This document shows positions 63,467 to 64,000 of a stretch of 64,000 bases of DNA, piece by piece. Under the pieces are notes generated by a model. It saw only the letters and a program-made list of their open reading frames with translations. It ran no database searches and had not been told where the DNA came from. The position numbers and the translations under genes are program-made. Position 1 is the first letter of the stretch. Every line of letters starts with the position of its first letter. Source of the stretch: Kudoa neothunni (taxonomy: Eukaryota > Animalia > Cnidaria); contig OZ199840.1 in the NCBI GenBank assembly GCA_964304625.1, positions 6,699,252 to 6,763,251 on the forward strand. Direction: 5' to 3'.

Positions 63467-63719
63467 TTAAATACGTAAATAAGGGTGAATATTTTAGATT
63501 TAATATAATTATTTAGAGAATTAATTGGTCTAAAAACGATAAAAATGTTTTTTTAAACAAGACATGAATTAATGAACAAAATTTCTTTATGTTAAATAAG
63601 CGACCTATATTTCAATGATCAAAATTATTTCCGAGATATTTTTACCATAAATCCAATTATTTATAGACATCATTTGTATGTTAATTAAGATGCTTATTTT
63701 TATTTTATTAATTAGTTAA

Positions 63720-64000
63720 TTTTAACGCTGTGACCGCGTTTAATAAAATTTAATAAACTCCAACTATATGGGAACAATTTTTTCAATATTTCCCGGGTGT
63801 CTGACTTTTTTATTATGAATTTCAAAGCTTAAATTCTTCTGTGTGTCAAACAGTAGATAAATTCTGATAGATCCAAACGTTGTCAATAATATTCAGTTAT
63901 GATAACGTTTTGCAGATTGCTCATGTTTATTCAAAGCGTTAGTCTAGTTACTCAAGTTAAAACACCTTCCTTCCACCCAGATATTTTCACTAGGCGCCGA
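63720..64000 (-). pseudogene. hAT (ZMYM1/TTF-type) transposase N-terminal relic
   Basis: Minus strand IWVEG..LSN..ALNKHEQSAK..LTTFGSIRI..FDTQ..HNKKVR..REILKKL..RGH, with stops and frameshifts. Runs off the window end. Confidence 0.6.

Noticed and set aside
1-64000. CRISPR array, rRNA genes, telomeric or satellite arrays, alternative genetic code
   Set aside because: No regularly spaced repeats or rRNA-like blocks were seen. The host genes translate cleanly with the standard code, and stops inside TEs are explained by decay.

Overview
This is AT-rich eukaryotic, most likely animal, genomic DNA rather than prokaryotic DNA. The very short GT-AG introns (~30-70 nt) and highly diverged proteins suggest a fast-evolving lineage such as a myxozoan-like parasite; this is inference. 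Three host genes can be reconstructed by splicing: a Tousled-like kinase (30192-39887, +), an eIF3 subunit i WD40 gene (42427-~43746, -), and a 90-aa single-TM gene (29378-29734, +) missed by the ORF track that may be a very divergent COX6A. Almost everything else is decayed and often nested transposons: MULE, pogo/Tigger, Tc1/IS630-like DD34E, piggyBac, Merlin/ISXO2, hAT, a Kolobok-like relic, non-autonomous Helitrons, gypsy-like remnants, short solo LTRs and a tRNA-derived SINE. Many have readable TIRs and TSDs. The most unusual items are (i) a decayed virus/Polinton-type D5-like primase-helicase gene that carries host-style spliceosomal introns (~5600-8653), (ii) two copies of one SINE body with different tRNA-like heads, and (iii) a five-level nest of transposons at 44400-52110. 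All family calls come from motif recognition by eye; no database search was run.
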